A model generated the notes under the pieces. That model did not search any database, was not told where the DNA came from, and was given only the letters and a program-made list of their open reading frames with translations. A DNA stretch of 64,000 nucleotides. Origin: Octopus vulgaris (lineage: Eukaryota). Positions 38,112 through 52,189 of the stretch are shown here, in pieces. Where the stretch lies: positions 17,422,001 through 17,486,000 of the forward strand of contig OX597826.1 in assembly GCA_951406725.2 (NCBI GenBank). Reading direction: 5' to 3'. Within the stretch, counting starts at the first letter, position 1, and every line of letters starts with the position of its first letter. Made by a program: the position numbers and the translations under genes.

Positions 38112-38200
38112 AATTACAGCTGTTTCCGCTTCATTAATAAAACGAAGTTTTTCAAGAATAATCAAATCCGTTTAAATATGTAATGGTGCTTCATCAGATC
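38112..38200 (-). ncRNA. Type I hammerhead motif (long stem II)
   Basis: GAT-CTGATGA-AGC..CATTA...TAATG..GCG-GAAA-CAGCTG-TA-ATT. Confidence 0.65.
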
Positions 38201-38443
38201 GACATATGTCCTTCATTATTTCACGGAAAATATCAATTGAAAATATTCATAACTTCTAAGGCTTTAAAAGAAAAACGCTTTTTGAGAGCGAGCTTAATCA
38301 TAAGTAATTAATCTAAATGAAATTACGTAAACTCCTAACTTTGAATCTATAAATATTCAGTTCTCTAATCGATTTTATTGCACAATGCACACATTCATAT
38401 ATACATATTTATTTATACGCAAGTTTAGTCTCTCTCTCTATAT

Positions 38444-38516
<73 letters not shown>

Positions 38517-39126
38517 TCTATTTTTTACACTTGTACTTTCCATATGATAAAGGTAAATCTTTTTTTCCGCTCTGTAAGGAAGAACTCTATCTAATCCTGT
38601 TCTCAGAGAATGCTCTTGTAAACACGTTTAAAGAACGCGTTTATCGTTGCAAACATTGGCAAAAACATACCTTTAATTCCTATAAGTAGTTTCTACCAAT
38701 CTATAAAATTCTACCTTTAACTGTCTTCCTACATTTCCCTTCCCCCTAAATATATTTATTTCCATACCTTTAAGCTTTATTCCCATTCATCTATTGCACT
38801 ACATTTCTCCACTCTTGGCATTCTGTTAATTTCCTTCTTTCTCCTCCTTCTCTTTCTCTAAGTGAATTTGACGTTAAATCTATTAACGGTTTTTTTTTAA
38901 TAACTTGCCAGCGTTCTCTTCATCATATACGCAGTCATCACATTCGGTTAAAATGGCTTAACAATGTGCTTTATTTCTTTTTTTTCCCAGATAAGAAGAT
39001 CGCATTGTTTTACATCATTTTATTCCCTCTGGAATAATACCAATGTTTTCTTCGAAACATATGTCAGAAGTATATAGATTTGAATAACACCTGTGTTTAA
39101 CTCCATTTCTTTATTTATCTTATAGG

Positions 39127-39344
<218 letters not shown>

Positions 39345-40439
39345 TCCATATACAGCTATATATATATATATATAGGGACCTACATAGATCATCAATAAGT
39401 TTCTATTTACATGCTCACATCTTTAGACTGGGGAAATATTAATTAAGTTCTATTTATAATTTTTAATTACAATTATGAAAGTTATTAATTTACTTTAAAA
39501 TAGTTAAAGATATCGGTTATGAGGTATCGATATGACAGCCTATTAATTATAAACATAATAAAAATCATTTATATCTAATAAATGCATATTTATTTTTATG
39601 TACGCAAGAAATATTTTTTCATCTCTCAGGTTGAGTAAAGGAAACGCAGCCATTAAAATAAATAATTTCTCATTCAAACAAAGAAGGCACTTCTTATTGC
39701 TTATATTGTAACTGGGTGCAGTCATCAAGATATCCCATTCGAGATTAAAATTCATTTTTTATCTTTAAGCTCCCAAATGAATTTACTTAGACTCGTTAAA
39801 TTCTGTCTTTTCCTTTACCGAAATGTATATAAATGTGTTGAAAGACGCTTCTTCATTTCATTTTTAGTTGATCCAATATAAACATATTTATTATTAATTT
39901 CTGTGGTAACTTTACATTGATATACTACATTTTCCACTTTACACAAATTTTTAACCATACAGCTATCTTTATTTTTACAATCACAGGTTCTATAAGAATA
40001 ATCCTTTATATTAGTTGAGGAGGAGGCTTTACATGTAACTGGTTTCCGATCGATCTTAATAATATTATGTTTATTAATGGAATACTTAATAGTATTGCTA
40101 CTAATATATTCTATATTGAACCTAGCAGTAGGGGAGTTATTACTGACACGTTTTCTATTTGCATAAAATAAATCTAATTTTTTATTATTTATAGAAGCTA
40201 TAATAGTAAAGTTATGAGTTAAACTATATCCTAAATGAATGTGTGTATTGTGGAAAAAAATCAGTTATCTAACTGAATATTTATAGATTTAAGTTTAGGA
40301 ATTTACGTAATTTCAGTCAGATTATTTATTTATCTATGATTAAGCTCGCTCTCAAAAAGCGTTTTTTTTTTTTTAAAGCCTTAAAAGTTATGAATATTTT
40401 CAATTGATATTTTCCGTGAAATAATGAAGGAGATATGTC

Positions 40440-40528
40440 GAGCTGATGAAGCATCATTACATATTTAAACGGATTTGATTATTCTTGAAAAACTTCGTTT
40501 TATTAATGAAGCAGAAATGGATGTAATT
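40440..40528 (+). ncRNA. Degenerate inverted copy of the 38112-38200 hammerhead
   Basis: CTGATGA at 40443, GAAA at 40514; stem III mutated (TGGATG). Confidence 0.5.
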
Positions 40529-40758
40529 TATGAGATGTGTCATTTGTTTTTATGAAATATTTAAATCGAATTGAATTAATAATTGTTCAATTTATTGTTT
40601 TGTTTTCCATTCTTGTTTATATTTGTATATTAATAAACTGTATGTTTATTTCTTATTTACCTATAGGAATAACATTGTTATTAACATAGGTAATATAAAC
40701 CAGTAAATTCTTCGGATATTTAATATCTCTTAGGTGAATTTTACACCAAGCTAAATTG

Positions 40759-40816
<58 letters not shown>

Positions 40817-40854
40817 CAGCAAAATTTAGATTCAAATGAATATGGTACTTAAGT

Positions 40855-40900
<46 letters not shown>

Positions 40901-40934
40901 TACGTACAATCATTCATATATGCATATATTTAGG

Positions 40935-41247
40935 ACACGCTTCGATCATGAAGGAATTTGGGTTTACACCTAGAAAGTTACCATCTGAGGCACAAGTCCG
41001 AAGTTTATGGAAGACCAGCAGTCGCCCATGCATACCGGTCTCCCCTCTCCACGCCACCGATGTTATCCAAGGGAAAGGCAAAGGTCAAAACAGATTGGCA
41101 CCAGTGACGTCACAACTCATTTCTGTGAACTGAAGCAACGTGAAATAAAGTGTGTTGCCCAATAACGCAACACACAGTCCGGTCCGAGAATCGAACTCAT
41201 TACCTATTGACAGTGAGCCCGGCGCTCTAACCTCTGAGCCATGCACT
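40935..41247 (-). mobile_element. tRNA-derived SINE-C
   Basis: Head GCATGGCTCAGAGGTTAGAGCG, B-box GAGTTCGATTC, body TTGGGCAACACACTTTATTTCACGTTGC; tail fragment also at about 11490-11545. Confidence 0.8.
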
Positions 41248-41277
41248 TTCAGATGCATACATGCACGCACCCACACA

Positions 41278-41449
<172 letters not shown>

Positions 41450-42999
41450 TTATCTGTCTACATGATTTCCTCTCATGCATTTAGAGTATATTCAAGAATG
41501 AAATGCTTGCTTAATGAGTTTGATTTTTCAAAAAGCCTTGCTTTCTCTGTACTCAGGGTTACGTTCAACTTATCCTCCATAAATACATAGAGAACTAATC
41601 TTTTGATTATAATATATTCAATATTATATAACATGTGTCATACATTATACAAATAATTATTAAACGAATCAATAATTATTAACTAAAATAGTAATTAAGT
41701 AAAGATAATTATCGAAATAATTAGACGACTTAGCGTTAAATATGGGAGCCTGTGTGAAACAGATCAAAGGATGAGATTCCTCCTCCTCTTGTGTGTATCT
41801 CGTTGTTTTGTGTTTTAGTACAGATTACGTTGATTTATTTTCTTTATTCATGTTTTAGTTTGGGTCAGCAATTATAACCTTTAGAGGTCCGCCAAGAAAT
41901 CAATCAATGGTTGATGAATAGATTAAACATCTTTAGCACAACGGTTTCAGGAAATACACGGGCATGAAGGGATTTTTAAATTGTTGGCGTTCTGTGAAAG
42001 AGGTAAAGGGCAAAGTAGTTATGTGGGACTGTTGCAGTGATATATAGTAGAAGAGATATTAGTAGAGGAGAGTAATAGTATCAGTGAAACGTGAAGGTGT
42101 GCATGCAGTTTATATATAACTACTGAGTTCAAAAGAACAGAATGACGAGAACGTCTCTTTGTAGCAAATTGTTAAATATATACTTTATCAACAGGATACA
42201 ATTATTTGGATGCGAACTGGAATATTTGTGTGTGTTGGAAACGCACTGTCCAAAATATAGGGACGGAATGCTTCCCTACAAGTCTTGGTCTTTATAGGTG
42301 CATGGAAGTATTTTCTAGAACCGAAGAAAATACTAGTTTTGGGAGAGGGAACAGATTTATCTCCATTATAAATGTGAAGCTACCATCACAGATTGTCGGG
42401 AAATGTGGTATAAAGATTTTGTAGAGGGTTTTAGCTGGCTAGTGTCATAGACTGAGAAGTCAGTGGTATAAATTGTAGAATAACTACAATGGCTGACCTC
42501 AACAGCTTTTGAAATGGCGGTGGGGAGCAATACCAAGTGAACTGGTTGAGATTGCACCACTCAAGACTAAAACTAGTTAGCAGAGGTCTGTTGCAATTTC
42601 ATCACCCGATATTACCTTTCATTCCACGTGTACTACAGAGAATGGTCCCGAAACAGTAGAGATTGGTCACTCACTGGAAAGTTGAAAGCCATCGTAAACA
42701 AATCCACGCCACTATCATTTCTTCATGCAAATAAGTTCTTCAACATTTATGTTTTATTTATTTTGCTTGAAAAACCTAACATCGATCGGATAAGGAAGTT
42801 GGAAACAGATTTAGTATTGCTTCAGGTTTCTAGTCTAGATCTGCACAATGGCACCAGATGTATGACAGCTGTCTTCTCCTGATCTAATGGCTACCTGAGA
42901 GTTCATGTTCTACATCAGTATCTGGGTGTTATTATATCTAGGAATAGCGCTGCCCATCCTGATCGGGAAAACATGCACTGAAAATCAGAATGCAATTAC

Positions 43000-45230
43000 C
43001 AGTCTCTGATTGACCCGTTTAAGCATTGATATCGCTGTCTTGCGTGAAACTTTCAGGTGTATGGAAGCTTGTAGATTCTGGTTACTTTTGCTTGGAAAGA
43101 GAAAGGTGAGAAAAGATCCAAGCAAATTGGTTTTACTGTTAAGACCAAGGTCATTTTAAGGCAATCAATTAAGTTTGACTGCTGCCAACTCAACAACTTA
43201 CAATTCTACCATTATACCAATGCAACTTCATTGCACTCCTCTCACCAGTTGATTCAACATTTGACATAGGTGAAGATATGGAAATCAATTTTACTACCGA
43301 GAGACCCCTAGGAAAGACGAACTTCTGCTCTTAGGAGATTTCAACACATGAGTAGGAAGAGACAACCGGTTGGTGGACAATGTCATTAGTAAAGAAGGCA
43401 TTGTGAACATTAGTTGCAAGGGGCTTCTTCTTGACTTCTGTTCGGAACATTCTCTTTTCTTCACCAGCACTCAACTCTCCAAACTTTTAAAGCCCATGGA
43501 AGCATCTACGTTCTAGACATTATTGTCTTCTGGACAAGACAAAAGGATATTCTCTGACAAGACAAAAGGATATTCTCATCACTAAGAATAGTTCCCAGTG
43601 CTGATGAATGTTGGACAGACCTGAATAAATCAGAAAAATGAATGCTCGAAGAGAACATATCTCAATGCTTAAAAACCCTGTCATCAGAGCCAAATTCCAA
43701 ACAACTATTTGCCTAAAGTTGAGGTCTCCAATTTCACTGCCATTGTTCTCTTGATTCTTGATGAAGAATGGTCATCAGTTCCAAATATCACAGAGCAGGA
43801 AATGTCACTGGTTTCACCAAAAAGAAAATCCAAGTTTGGTTGAATGACAACAGATATCAAATCAACAAGTTTACCAAGTGAAAGCGAGCTAATTGGATCT
43901 CACACAAGCAAGACACAAGACCAACACCTAAAATGATTTGTTATCAAAACCTCAAATACAAATGTCAAACATAAGCAATTACAGTGCATTTGGTAGCAAC
44001 TAAAAGTATTAGAATTTCAAAACTATGCATATGCCGAGATCTTACAAGCTTCATCACTGGAATGAAGAATATGTTTGGCCCAGTAGAAACATCAATGGGC
44101 AGCGTTTTAGCAGCAGACAACACCAATATCCTGACGGATCCACAAGATAACCGCGAGCGCAGGAAAAACATTTTCTTCACTGCTGAAACGGAAATCAATA
44201 GAGGAAGATTCCTTGAGAAATGCCATCATCATCCCGAATAGCTGCGGATGAATGGAATGTACAGTCATCATTTCGATAGTTTGAAAGTGCTATGAACCAT
44301 TTTAAACGACGAAAATCCCTTGGACCAGACAAGATCCCCCCTTTGAATTGCTAAAAGAATTACTAAAACTTGGGAGACCATAACTTAAAACTACCCTTTT
44401 CTCTCTGGTTCTGAAAATATAGAAAGACTATCGAGTTCCAAGAATTTAAACATGCAGTTATAATCAGAATTTTCGAGAAAGTCGGTTGTAAATCTAATAA
44501 AAATTCTCTCAGAATATTATTCCTATACACTGCAGAAAATCATTTGCAAAACACCTTCTAAAACATCTGTTCACATCGGAGAAAGTTCTTCCTAAATCTC
44601 AATGCAGGTTTTGTTCCTCTCATGACATAACTGACATGATTTGTGTACAATACAACTGCAGGAGAAAACAAAAGCAACTCTTCTCTGTCTTCTAAGAGCT
44701 AGAAAAAACTTTTGACCGTGTATGGTTCTTCAAGGTTTTGCTATGCAAACCTTCACTGGTTCAAGTACTGCCTGATAGTAAGTCATATTGTGTTTTCCAG
44801 TGAAAAAACCTTCTAAGCAATTCCTTATTACCTGTGGATTAAAGTAGAATTGCGCTCTTCTATTTATACTCTTTTGTTTGTGATTCTCTTCCCCTTTTAT
44901 CTGTGATTCTCTCTGAACTACCCCCTAAACACATCAAATGTTGACATCAAACACCTTTTTTGGCAGTGGACTATTTAACAGAGCTATATTTTGATCTCGT
45001 TGACTTGCCAACATCCAACACATCTCAGAATTCCAATGTATGACAATGCTACTCTCGGCCACACACAAAACTTCAGAGAACAATCAGCAACTTCACCAGC
45101 TCATATGATTGTTTGAGCCTCAGTGAATATCAACAACACTAAAATTCTCGGTAACCTGCTTCGAAGATCAACCTTAATGATTTTAACATCATCGTTTCTG
45201 ATACATCTGTAGAGTATAGCCATTTTCAAA
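43000..45230 (+). mobile_element. Decayed RTE-clade LINE (APE + RT)
   Basis: DIAVLRET, LLLGDFNT*VGRD, HLRSRHYCLLD, ADECWTD, SLGPDKIP, LPKSQCRF; many stops. Confidence 0.8.
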
Positions 45231-46561
45231 GAGTAGCGCCAATTTGTGGTAGCTGGCAATATGACGTAAAGTCGTATTGCCGAAGAAATATGATTGTCGT
45301 TTTCCCATTGGTTGAAATAACTGCTCATATAGGAATTCTAAAAATTAGTTAAAGAATATTTTTATGTGGTTTCTATTCTTTAAAGTCAAGTTGAGCAGTT
45401 ATAAAAACCCTGGATTTTGGGAAAAACTTCAGTGTTTGTGGGGTGTAACTAAACTCCACGACACTCACTCTGTTGAGACATTGGTTATTTTTTTATGCCA
45501 TGTCTATGAAAAATCCAACAAGACTTGTTTGAATTGTTCAGATCTATAATGGTTAGAATGAGAAATTAGCGTAAATTTTAAGTCGTAATTCTCTACGACA
45601 AAATTACTTTACTTCAAATTGTATTATAAATATTAAAAATGCTATAAGTACATAGCGGTTAAAAGAACACGAAATTACTTATATTCAACATACATGCATC
45701 CTTAATGTCCATTAGCGTTTCAGAAAATATATTTCTCGTTATGGCGTTTATGTAGCTGGAGTCAGGATTTACGTATAATGAAAACACTTATAAGTAAGTT
45801 ATAAGTGACGGTTTTATCATTATATATCCCTACTTAAAAAGCTAAATATATTTATCTATTTCCAAATAGGAAACATAATAAAGTAGGGTTACACTGACAG
45901 TAAACAAACCGACCAGAAAATATCCGCTATATAATAAAATGGGCGTCCGCTATACATCTCACGGTAAGTTGACCACTTTCCCTATCTTAAAAGTATCCTT
46001 TCCAAGAAGTATAGTTCCGAAAGGGATGTAGAACACAGAATTGGATCGGCAATTCAACATTTGTAAAATTTGCAAACGAGCCTTTTTAAACAAACATAAA
46101 ACTTTAACAGATGAAGCAGTCGTCCTTTCAACCTTATTAAACGACCATGAAACATAAATTGTAGGGTCGTTAAAGAGCTGGAGTGCTTCAATCAAACGTT
46201 TTGTGCCATTCTAAACATCATACAGGAAAACAACATAACCAGTGGTGCGGACTTTAAAAGGGCCAACAGTCAAAGAATGGAATCATCTATGCTGAAATAC
46301 CAGCTATGGTGGTTAGAACATGTGGTTACAAAAAAAAAAATGAGAGATTTTCTCATCAAATTCCCTTCAGTGAATAAATCACCAAGGAAACAAATTACAA
46401 GAATGTCCTTTCCGCCATTACAAGACCACCTAAAGTGAATTATCAAAATAGCTAGAATTGAGGCAAAAACGTAGGAAACTAAAACCCAGCTTGACTGCAA
46501 CTGGCATTTCTCTAAAACCACCATTGTGCGTGTGCGTGTGAGCTTGTGTGCATTCTATTAA

Positions 46562-46629
<68 letters not shown>

Positions 46630-46647
46630 GCAGACAGACAGACAGAC

Positions 46648-46724
<77 letters not shown>

Positions 46725-46742
46725 CAGATAGATAGACAGATG

Positions 46743-46812
<70 letters not shown>

Positions 46813-46826
46813 TAGATAGACAGATG

Positions 46827-46912
<86 letters not shown>

Positions 46913-46935
46913 TAGACAGACAGACAGACAGACGG
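46562..46935. repeat. Compound (GATA)n/(GACA)n microsatellite
   Basis: Direct reading. Confidence 0.97.
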
Positions 46936-47579
46936 ACGGGCAGACAATGTATATACGCATATGAAAATATACATGAATTTATGAATACATATAAATGCAT
47001 TCGCATAAGCATTAATGCAATAATAGCTGAATGCTGGACGGCAAACGTCGACACCATATCTTCAATCAACAGATAACGCTAGAAGCTAAATGACTTCAGC
47101 ATTAAATAATATATCAGCCTTAATTTATCATTAGATTAAAATTCCGTTTCTGTGAGAGAATTGCACTCCCAGAACGGTGGCTATTAACGTTGTATTAATG
47201 CATCATATACAATAGAACACTGTGCTTGTATGTTATATATGTGTGAGTGTATATCACGTGTATGCGTGTGATAGGGCGCGCGCGTAGATGGTCTGTATCT
47301 TGTATGCTTATGTGTGGCATATATATACACATATATATATATATGTGGTTGTCCTATGTAAACAGAATTTGAATGTGTAAGTATATGTACAAAAATCAAT
47401 AAGCATATGCATAAAAGACTATATTAACGGTTTCTATGTGTCTGTGTGCACGAGATTGCGTCGTGTGCATACATGCAGAGATAGATTTACAACTGGCAGA
47501 AAATAACACTCGACGAATGTCTCGAAAGTTAAATACTTGTATTAACATTTGATTCAGACCTGAGTCAAACTATCAGTAC

Positions 47580-47657
<78 letters not shown>

Positions 47658-47661
<4 letters not shown>

Positions 47662-48024
47662 CTCTTTACTCTTTTACTTGTTTCAGTCATTTGACTGCGG
47701 CCATACTGGAGCACCACCTTTAGTCGAGCAAATCGACCCCGGGACTTATTCTTTGTAAGCCTAGTACTTATTCTATCGGTCTCTTTTGCCGAACCGCTAA
47801 GTGACGGGGACGTAAACACTCCAGTATCGGTTGTCAAGCAATGCTAGGGGGACAAAGACAGACACACAAACATATACACACACATACATTTATATATATA
47901 CATATATGACAGGCTTCTTTCAGTTTCCGTCTACCAAATCCACTCACAAGGCATTGGTCGGCCCGAGGCTATAGCAGAAGACACTTGCCCAAGATGCCAC
48001 GCAGTGGGACTGAACCCGGAACCA
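47658..48024 (-). mobile_element. SINE-A, head truncated
   Basis: Reverse complement of 32157-32580. Confidence 0.9.
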
Positions 48025-48029
48025 TTTAA

Positions 48030-48740
48030 ACGACATACGGTATTGCTTGGCATTCGCAACGGAAGCTCCATTACGAACATTTCAGAACGCTTGGATGTCA
48101 GTCTGAGGACAATGCAGAGGATTCGGAAAGAGTTGGATTAAACATCCAGTCAACATCATGGTGCTTAGAGTGACCACTACTGATGGCGACGTTATGGTTC
48201 CATTCATCTTCCCACACAGCCACAGACTCAACACAAGAGGCCTATATCGAGTGCCTGAAGGAGGTAGTGCTGCCCTGGGTCAAGAGGGTGGCTGCTGGAA
48301 GAGCCTATGTCTGGCAGTAGGGCCCTGCACCATGCCACACTACCAGGAGAACCCAGTCATGACTGTCAGATAATTTCTGCGACCACATCACACCTAACAT
48401 CTGACCACCTAACTCCCCAGACTGCAACCACCTTGATTATTATGCGTGGGGCCCAGTTGAGCGAGAGATCAACAAAATTCCTTGTAACACCAAGGATGAA
48501 TTGAAAGCAAGGATTATAGCAGCATTCACCGACTTAAGTAAAGAGATCATCCAGAAGAGTTGCAGGAGATTCCGAAGCTGACTGGAGGCTGTAGTTGAAG
48601 ACAATGGCGATTTTATTAAATAAATTTACTCTTTAGTATTTCAAGATATTTTTATGTAATTCTGGTAAATATATGTTAAAATGAGATGTCAGTGTTTCAG
48701 TTTTACGAAATTGAGACGACAATTTATTCACCGCACCTTG
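48030..48740 (+). mobile_element. Tc1/mariner superfamily (maT/DD37D-like) element, deleted
   Basis: MVLRVTTTDGDVMVPFIF, VWQ*GPAPCH, *PPNSPDCNHLDYYAWG, CRRFRS*LEAVVE. Confidence 0.8.
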
Positions 48741-48746
48741 TGTGTG

Positions 48747-48799
<53 letters not shown>

Positions 48800-48805
<6 letters not shown>

Positions 48806-49302
48806 CTGTAGTTGTGTGAGTGTCTGTCCCCTTCGATTTAGATTCCTAACTACTCCCACATTTTGCGGTGCAGTTTAACCAAATTTGGGTATCTTATAGT
48901 CGTGATTCATATCGAGCCCGTCTGGCTATTAGCGCGCGTCTACGATGAGACTACGATTTAAAAAATAATTTAACATCATTTTTTATTCCATTTTAATGCA
49001 TAATTTTTCGTGTGTCGATGGCGGCGGAGTTGGCGTCCATGGTCACACCTGCACCTGTTTGCTTCTCCCCCTTCTTCCCTCCCTCGTGAAGCTGTGGGGA
49101 AGGGAGTGTAAGGAAATCAACGTCGTAAAGCGTTGTCAAGGAGATCAGCGTTCTTTTAGAACAACGACTTCATGGCTTGAAGACACCAAAACAGAAATGG
49201 CTAAGAAAGCCCTAATTGGCATCTATAAGGGAAGTAACTCTCTAAAAATGCTTATATAGTTATTTCCCTTACAAACCCGAGCAACGCCGGGCGATACTGC
49301 TA

Positions 49303-49303
<1 letters not shown>
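48800..49303 (+). mobile_element. Non-autonomous Helitron
   Basis: 3' hairpin CCCGAGCAACGCCGGG about 8 nt before CTAG|T; 5' end merges into (TA)n. Confidence 0.7.
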
Positions 49304-49354
<51 letters not shown>

Positions 49355-49608
49355 TAAAATTAATTAAGGGTAGAAATTGATATTAGTCAATTAAAACCAG
49401 TGGGCTAGCATATTAAAAAGAATCCGAAGATTAAAATATTTATATATACCAATTAAGGACTGAACACGAAAAGTGGACAGTCAACATGCTAGATATAGAC
49501 GTCAAATCGCCATCCTCCACAAAGATTATGTTCTCAAATAAAATAAAATTCAGCACAAACCAAAGCAATAAATAAGACAAATGAAAATATACGAAATGAA
49601 ATAATCAC

Positions 49609-49671
49609 CTATGTACCGATCAGTTTCAGTTATTAATATCCGCAAGGATATCTGTAACTTCGTCAGCATAG
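49609..49671 (-). ncRNA. Type I hammerhead ribozyme
   Basis: Exact reverse complement of 49851-49913. Confidence 0.8.
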
Positions 49672-49850
49672 CCTGTTATGAACATAATTTGCTGGACTAG
49701 ATGCAAAAAACGATACCGAAGTACAACCGATTAAGTTCGAATGTAAAGGCATTTGAAAGATACATTCGAACTTAATCGGTTGTACTTTATGCATGCGGCA
49801 CTTCGGTATCGTTTTTTGCATCTAGTCCAGCAAATTATGTTCATAACAGG

Positions 49851-49913
49851 CTATGCTGACGAAGTTACAGATATCCTTGCGGATATTAATAACTGAAACT
49901 GATCGGTACATAG
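49851..49913 (+). ncRNA. Type I hammerhead ribozyme
   Basis: CTATG-CTGACGA-AGTTA..GATATCC TTGC GGATATT..TAACT-GAAA-CTGATCG-GTA-CATAG; stems I and II pair, near-palindromic stem III, GUA triplet. Confidence 0.85.
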
Positions 49914-50071
49914 GTGATTATTTCATTTCGTATATTTTCATTTGTCTTATTTATTGCTTTGGTTTGTGCTGAATTTTATTTTATTTGAGAACATAATCTT
50001 TGTGGAGGATGGCGATTTGACGTCTATATCTAGCATGTTGACTGTCCACTTTTCGTGTTCAGTCCTTAATT

Positions 50072-50152
<81 letters not shown>

Positions 50153-50157
50153 CATAT

Positions 50158-50320
50158 ACACGACAGGTTTCTTTCAGTTTTCCGTCTACCGAATCCACTC
50201 ACAAGGCTTTGGTCTGCCCGAGGTTATAGAAGATACTTGCTCAAGGTGCCACGCAGTGGGACTGAATCCGGAACCATGTAGTTGGGAAGCAAACTCCTTA
50301 CCCCAGAGCCACGCCTGTAC
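50158..50320 (-). mobile_element. SINE-A 5' half
   Basis: Similarity to the SINE-A head and body. Confidence 0.85.
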
Positions 50321-50344
50321 CTATATAAATATATATGTATGTGT

Positions 50345-50385
<41 letters not shown>

Positions 50386-50403
50386 TGTGTATGCGTGTGT
50401 GTA

Positions 50404-50795
50404 GGCGCAGTTGTGGCTATGTGGTAAGTAGCTTGCTTACCAACCACATAGTGCCGAGTTCAGTCCCACTGCGTGGTACCTTGGGCAAGTGTCTTATACT
50501 ATAGCCTCAGGCAGACCAAAGCCTTGTGAGTGGATTTGGTAGACGGAAACTGGAAGAAGCCTGTCGTATATGTATATGTGTGTATATATTTGTGTGTCTG
50601 TGTTTGTCCTGCAAACATCGCTTGACAACCGATGCTGGTGTGTTTACGTCCCCGTAACTTGGCGGTTCGGCAAAAGAGAGTGATGGAATAGTACTAGGCT
50701 TACAAAGAATAAGCTCTGGATCGATTAGCTCGATTAAAGGCGGTGCTCCAGCATGGCCGCAGTCAAATGACTTAAACAAGTAAAAGAGTAAGAGT
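50404..50795 (+). mobile_element. SINE-A, full length
   Basis: Similarity to 32157-32580. Confidence 0.92.
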
Positions 50796-50800
50796 ATATA

Positions 50801-50863
<63 letters not shown>

Positions 50864-50864
<1 letters not shown>

Positions 50865-51220
50865 CTCAGTCAAAGTCGACTCTCGGTTACTCGTTGGATC
50901 AGTGTCCTCCAGTCAGTTCTATCCTGGGCCGCTTCTTTCAGATTGGCTAGATCCATTCCGGTATCCCTCTTGATGGTGTCAATCCAGCGGGTTCTTGGTC
51001 GGCATCTTCCTCTCTTGCCACTGACCATTCCGAGCATGGTGTCTTTCTCCAGGGATTTTCTCCACATAATATGACCGAAATATGCCAAACTATGCTTGGT
51101 GATCCTAGCTTCTAGCAACATTTTCGGCCTGATCTGCTTAAGAACTTCTCCATTGGTGAGCCTTGCTGTCCATGGAATCCATAAAAGTCCTCTCCATCAC
51201 CAAAGCTGGAATGCATTAAT
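50864..51220 (-). mobile_element. RTE (BovB-like) LINE 3' end
   Basis: LAYFGHIMW..LEKDTMLGMVSGKRGRCRPRTRWID..AQDRTDWR..VTESRL. Confidence 0.9.
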
Positions 51221-51223
51221 TCA

Positions 51224-51591
51224 TCTCTATATATATAAACGGCAAAATGTCTGTGTGTGTGTGTGTCCTTTATACAAATCCACAATTTTTTAGTTAGAGG
51301 GCTTGCACTTTCTATGGTTATTCAAAACCGACCAAGGGTGGTCGTGCACATCTTTAAATTTCCCCAGTCACCCCGCAAAGCCATTAAAAAATCAATAGAA
51401 GATACTTTTTTGTGAATTTTCTATCCAAAACCCAATCAAAATGCCCGAAACTTGATACGCCAATTGAATGCCAGCTAGCTGTATGTGATTGGTTGGAGAT
51501 TTGGACAGTACTCGCGTGTATGTGCGCGCGCACGCAGCTCTATATGCATGCACTAGCACTATTACCCGGCGTTGCCGGGTCATAGTGCTAG
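51224..51591 (+). mobile_element. Non-autonomous Helitron
   Basis: A|TC start, hairpin ACCCGGC-GTT-GCCGGGT, CTAG|T end. Confidence 0.8.
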
Positions 51592-51906
51592 TGCTAGTAA
51601 GGGAATAATTATGTAGATATTATTATTGTTAATATTATCTACGGTAAATAAAAATAGTTGATAACAAAAACAACAATAATATAGATGGTTGCAGGCCTTA
51701 AATAGCATTAGATAGCATAAACATTTATATTTATCATAGGAGCGCACAAGGAGCCTACCTGCTAGAAAGAGGGGCTAAAACTCTCGGTTGAGCAACCAAT
51801 AACACTGAAAAAAATTAACAGAAAAACAACAATAGTCGGGCGAACGGGTTAAAGTATTTTAACATACCAAGATAAGTCAATGTTATATATTTTGGTATTT
51901 GGATAC

Positions 51907-51960
51907 ACTTATATCATGATTTCGAGTTCTGGCGAAAAGCCTTAACTTTCGTCAGCAAGT
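51907..51960 (-). ncRNA. Type I hammerhead ribozyme
   Basis: ACTTG-CTGACGA-A-AGTT..GGC TTTTC GCC..AACT-C-GAAA-TCATGA-TA-TAAGT; palindromic ATCATGAT stem III, AUA triplet. Confidence 0.78.
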
Positions 51961-52189
51961 TTTACCAAGTGAAAGAAATTTCACCTCGTCACGTTGAAGT
52001 TTACCGGCATTCTGAACTGTTTTGTGCCAAAATCAGAACAGCTTCACTGTAAATATACTAATAAGAAGTAAATATTCAGTACTGAATAATTATATAGATA
52101 TTATTATTGTTATAATTATCTGCAGTAAATATAAATAGTTGATAATAATAAGGTCCTGCAACCACCAATATTATTGTTGTTGCTATATA

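Larger units (their letters stand above)
49350..50081. mobile_element. Penelope-type terminal repeat folded into a ~640-bp palindrome (49441-50081)
   Basis: Arms are near-perfect reverse complements with a loop near 49746-49760; bounded by (TA)n. Confidence 0.85.

Noticed and set aside
41850-42600. Possible decayed Penelope ORF on the minus strand (similarly 1830-2100, 2820-3210, 38560-39060)
   Set aside because: Composition is suggestive but I could not read diagnostic motifs with confidence.
45880-46530. Possible decayed DNA transposase (Merlin-like)
   Set aside because: Only vague motif resemblance across several frames and no TIR pair seen; needs BLASTX.
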